From Clostridium sp. (lineage in GTDB: Bacteria > Bacillota > Clostridia > Clostridiales > Clostridiaceae), in contig NZ_JBOFRG010000313.1 in assembly GCF_051650885.1 (NCBI RefSeq), positions 17,354 to 49,353 of the forward strand: a DNA stretch of 32,000 nucleotides. Direction: 5' to 3'. Of this stretch, positions 31,636-32,000 are shown piece by piece. Every line of letters begins with the position of its first letter. The first letter of the stretch is position 1. The translations under genes were made by a program, and so were the position numbers. Under the pieces are notes generated by a model. It did no database searches. It saw only the letters and a program-made list of their open reading frames with translations, and had not been told where the DNA came from.

Positions 31636-31646
31636 ATAAAAAATAG

Positions 31647-31685
31647 AGAAAGACTTGTTATTTTAGAAATAATAAGTCTTTCTAA
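31647..31685 (+). terminator. hairpin terminator after the helicase gene
   Basis: AGAAAGACTT...AAGTCTTTCT stem with an inner TTATT/AATAA extension. It begins 12 nt after the stop codon. Confidence 0.65.
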
Positions 31686-31746
31686 TAAATTTGATTAGAA
31701 TTAGAAAATTTTCTAAGGAATAAAGAGATAGTTAAGATTGCGAGCA

Positions 31747-31790
31747 ATAGCATTAAGTAAAAATATATTTACTTAATGCTATTTATTTTA
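31747..31790 (+). terminator. second perfect hairpin with T-rich tail
   Basis: 15-bp perfect stem ATAGCATTAAGTAAA / TTTACTTAATGCTAT, 6-nt loop, followed by TTATTTTA. Confidence 0.55.
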
Positions 31791-31878
31791 GTATAAATAG
31801 CTTTTAAAACATCTAAAAAGTGTATAAAATGTAATAAAAAGGTTTATAATTGTAGTGTGAATTATAGGGAGATTTAGA

Positions 31879-32000
31879 ATGAGAAGAAAAACAGATAAAG
31901 CAAAACGAAAAGAAAAAAGAGGAACTGGATATTTCGAAGAATACTCTCCATGGATACAGGTTCATGAATTTGGGTCAAAAGGAAGGACTCATAGAATTTT
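31879..32000 (+). CDS. tnsA: Tn7-like transposase endonuclease subunit TnsA, N-terminal 40 aa (3' end outside window)
   Basis: Not in the ORF track. AGGGAG RBS sits 7 nt before the ATG. Translation is MRRKTDKAKRKEKRGTGYFEEYSPWIQVHEFGSKGRTHRI. It parallels Tn7 TnsA RRIKEGRGQGHGKDYIPWLTVQEVPSSGRSHRI (shared pattern RG.G....Y.PW..V.E..S.GR.HRI). Confidence 0.75.
   Translation, partial: MRRKTDKAKRKEKRGTGYFEEYSPWIQVHEFGSKGRTHRI

Larger units (their letters stand above)
24669..32000 (+). mobile_element. Tn7-like transposon, glmS-proximal end plus the first ~7.3 kb; continues beyond the window
   Basis: TGT terminus 25 nt after the glmS stop, phased 20-bp repeats, a TnsD/TniQ-family gene and a TnsA N-terminus, all on the + strand. 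The distal end is not in the window. Confidence 0.65.

Noticed and set aside
31636-31878. A left end of a proximal element plus a right end of a distal element packed into the helicase-tnsA spacer (strict stacked-element model).
   Set aside because: There is no inverted copy of TGTTGTTGT or of the AAAAACTTTGC 20-mer here or anywhere in 24.8-31.9 kb. The 243-nt spacer is largely taken up by two hairpins and a palindrome. The weak 21-bp repeats are reported separately as a low-interest finding.
24644-32000. Possibility that the TniQ-family gene marks a CRISPR-associated transposon (CAST).
   Set aside because: There is no cas gene, no repeat-spacer array and no tracrRNA-like structure in the window. 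The protein has the full-length TnsD architecture with zinc motifs, and the element sits at glmS. Protein-directed attTn7 targeting is therefore sufficient.

Overview
Low-GC Firmicute (Clostridium-like) chromosomal segment. All calls come from reading the ORF translations and the DNA by eye; no searches were run. (1) 1-6.6 kb holds a branched-chain amino acid operon, leuC(partial)-leuD-leuB-ilvD-ilvB-ilvC, ending in a strong terminator. (2) 6.7-22.3 kb holds mixed housekeeping genes. These are a YgjP-like metallopeptidase, a Tim44-like membrane protein, thiT behind a TPP riboswitch, and a cyclase-family protein. They continue with a vanY-capA cell-envelope pair, cysteine desulfurase-thiI, an orphan galactitol-family PTS EIIC, and a marR plus heterodimeric ABC exporter operon with a palindromic operator. 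The last two are a GIY-YIG protein and a FUSC-like membrane protein. (3) 22.5-24.6 kb holds the glmS ribozyme and glmS. (4) A Tn7-like transposon end appears to begin 25 nt after the glmS stop codon (the classical attTn7 position). It has a TGT terminus and three phased 20-bp repeats. After it come a 51-aa ORF, a clear TnsD/TniQ-family gene, a terminator-bracketed three-gene operon, and the N-terminus of TnsA running off the window. The three-gene operon is the main finding. It encodes a ComEC-type MBL-fold hydrolase, a trypsin-like serine protease fused to a putative PD-(D/E)xK (HamA/DUF1837-like) domain, and a Ski2-like SF2 helicase. All catalytic motifs look intact and the genes are translationally coupled. 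I read it as a candidate undescribed anti-phage or anti-MGE system, possibly an elaborated Hachiman relative, carried as Tn7-like cargo in an unusual position between tnsD and tnsA. No rRNA, tRNA or CRISPR array was seen.
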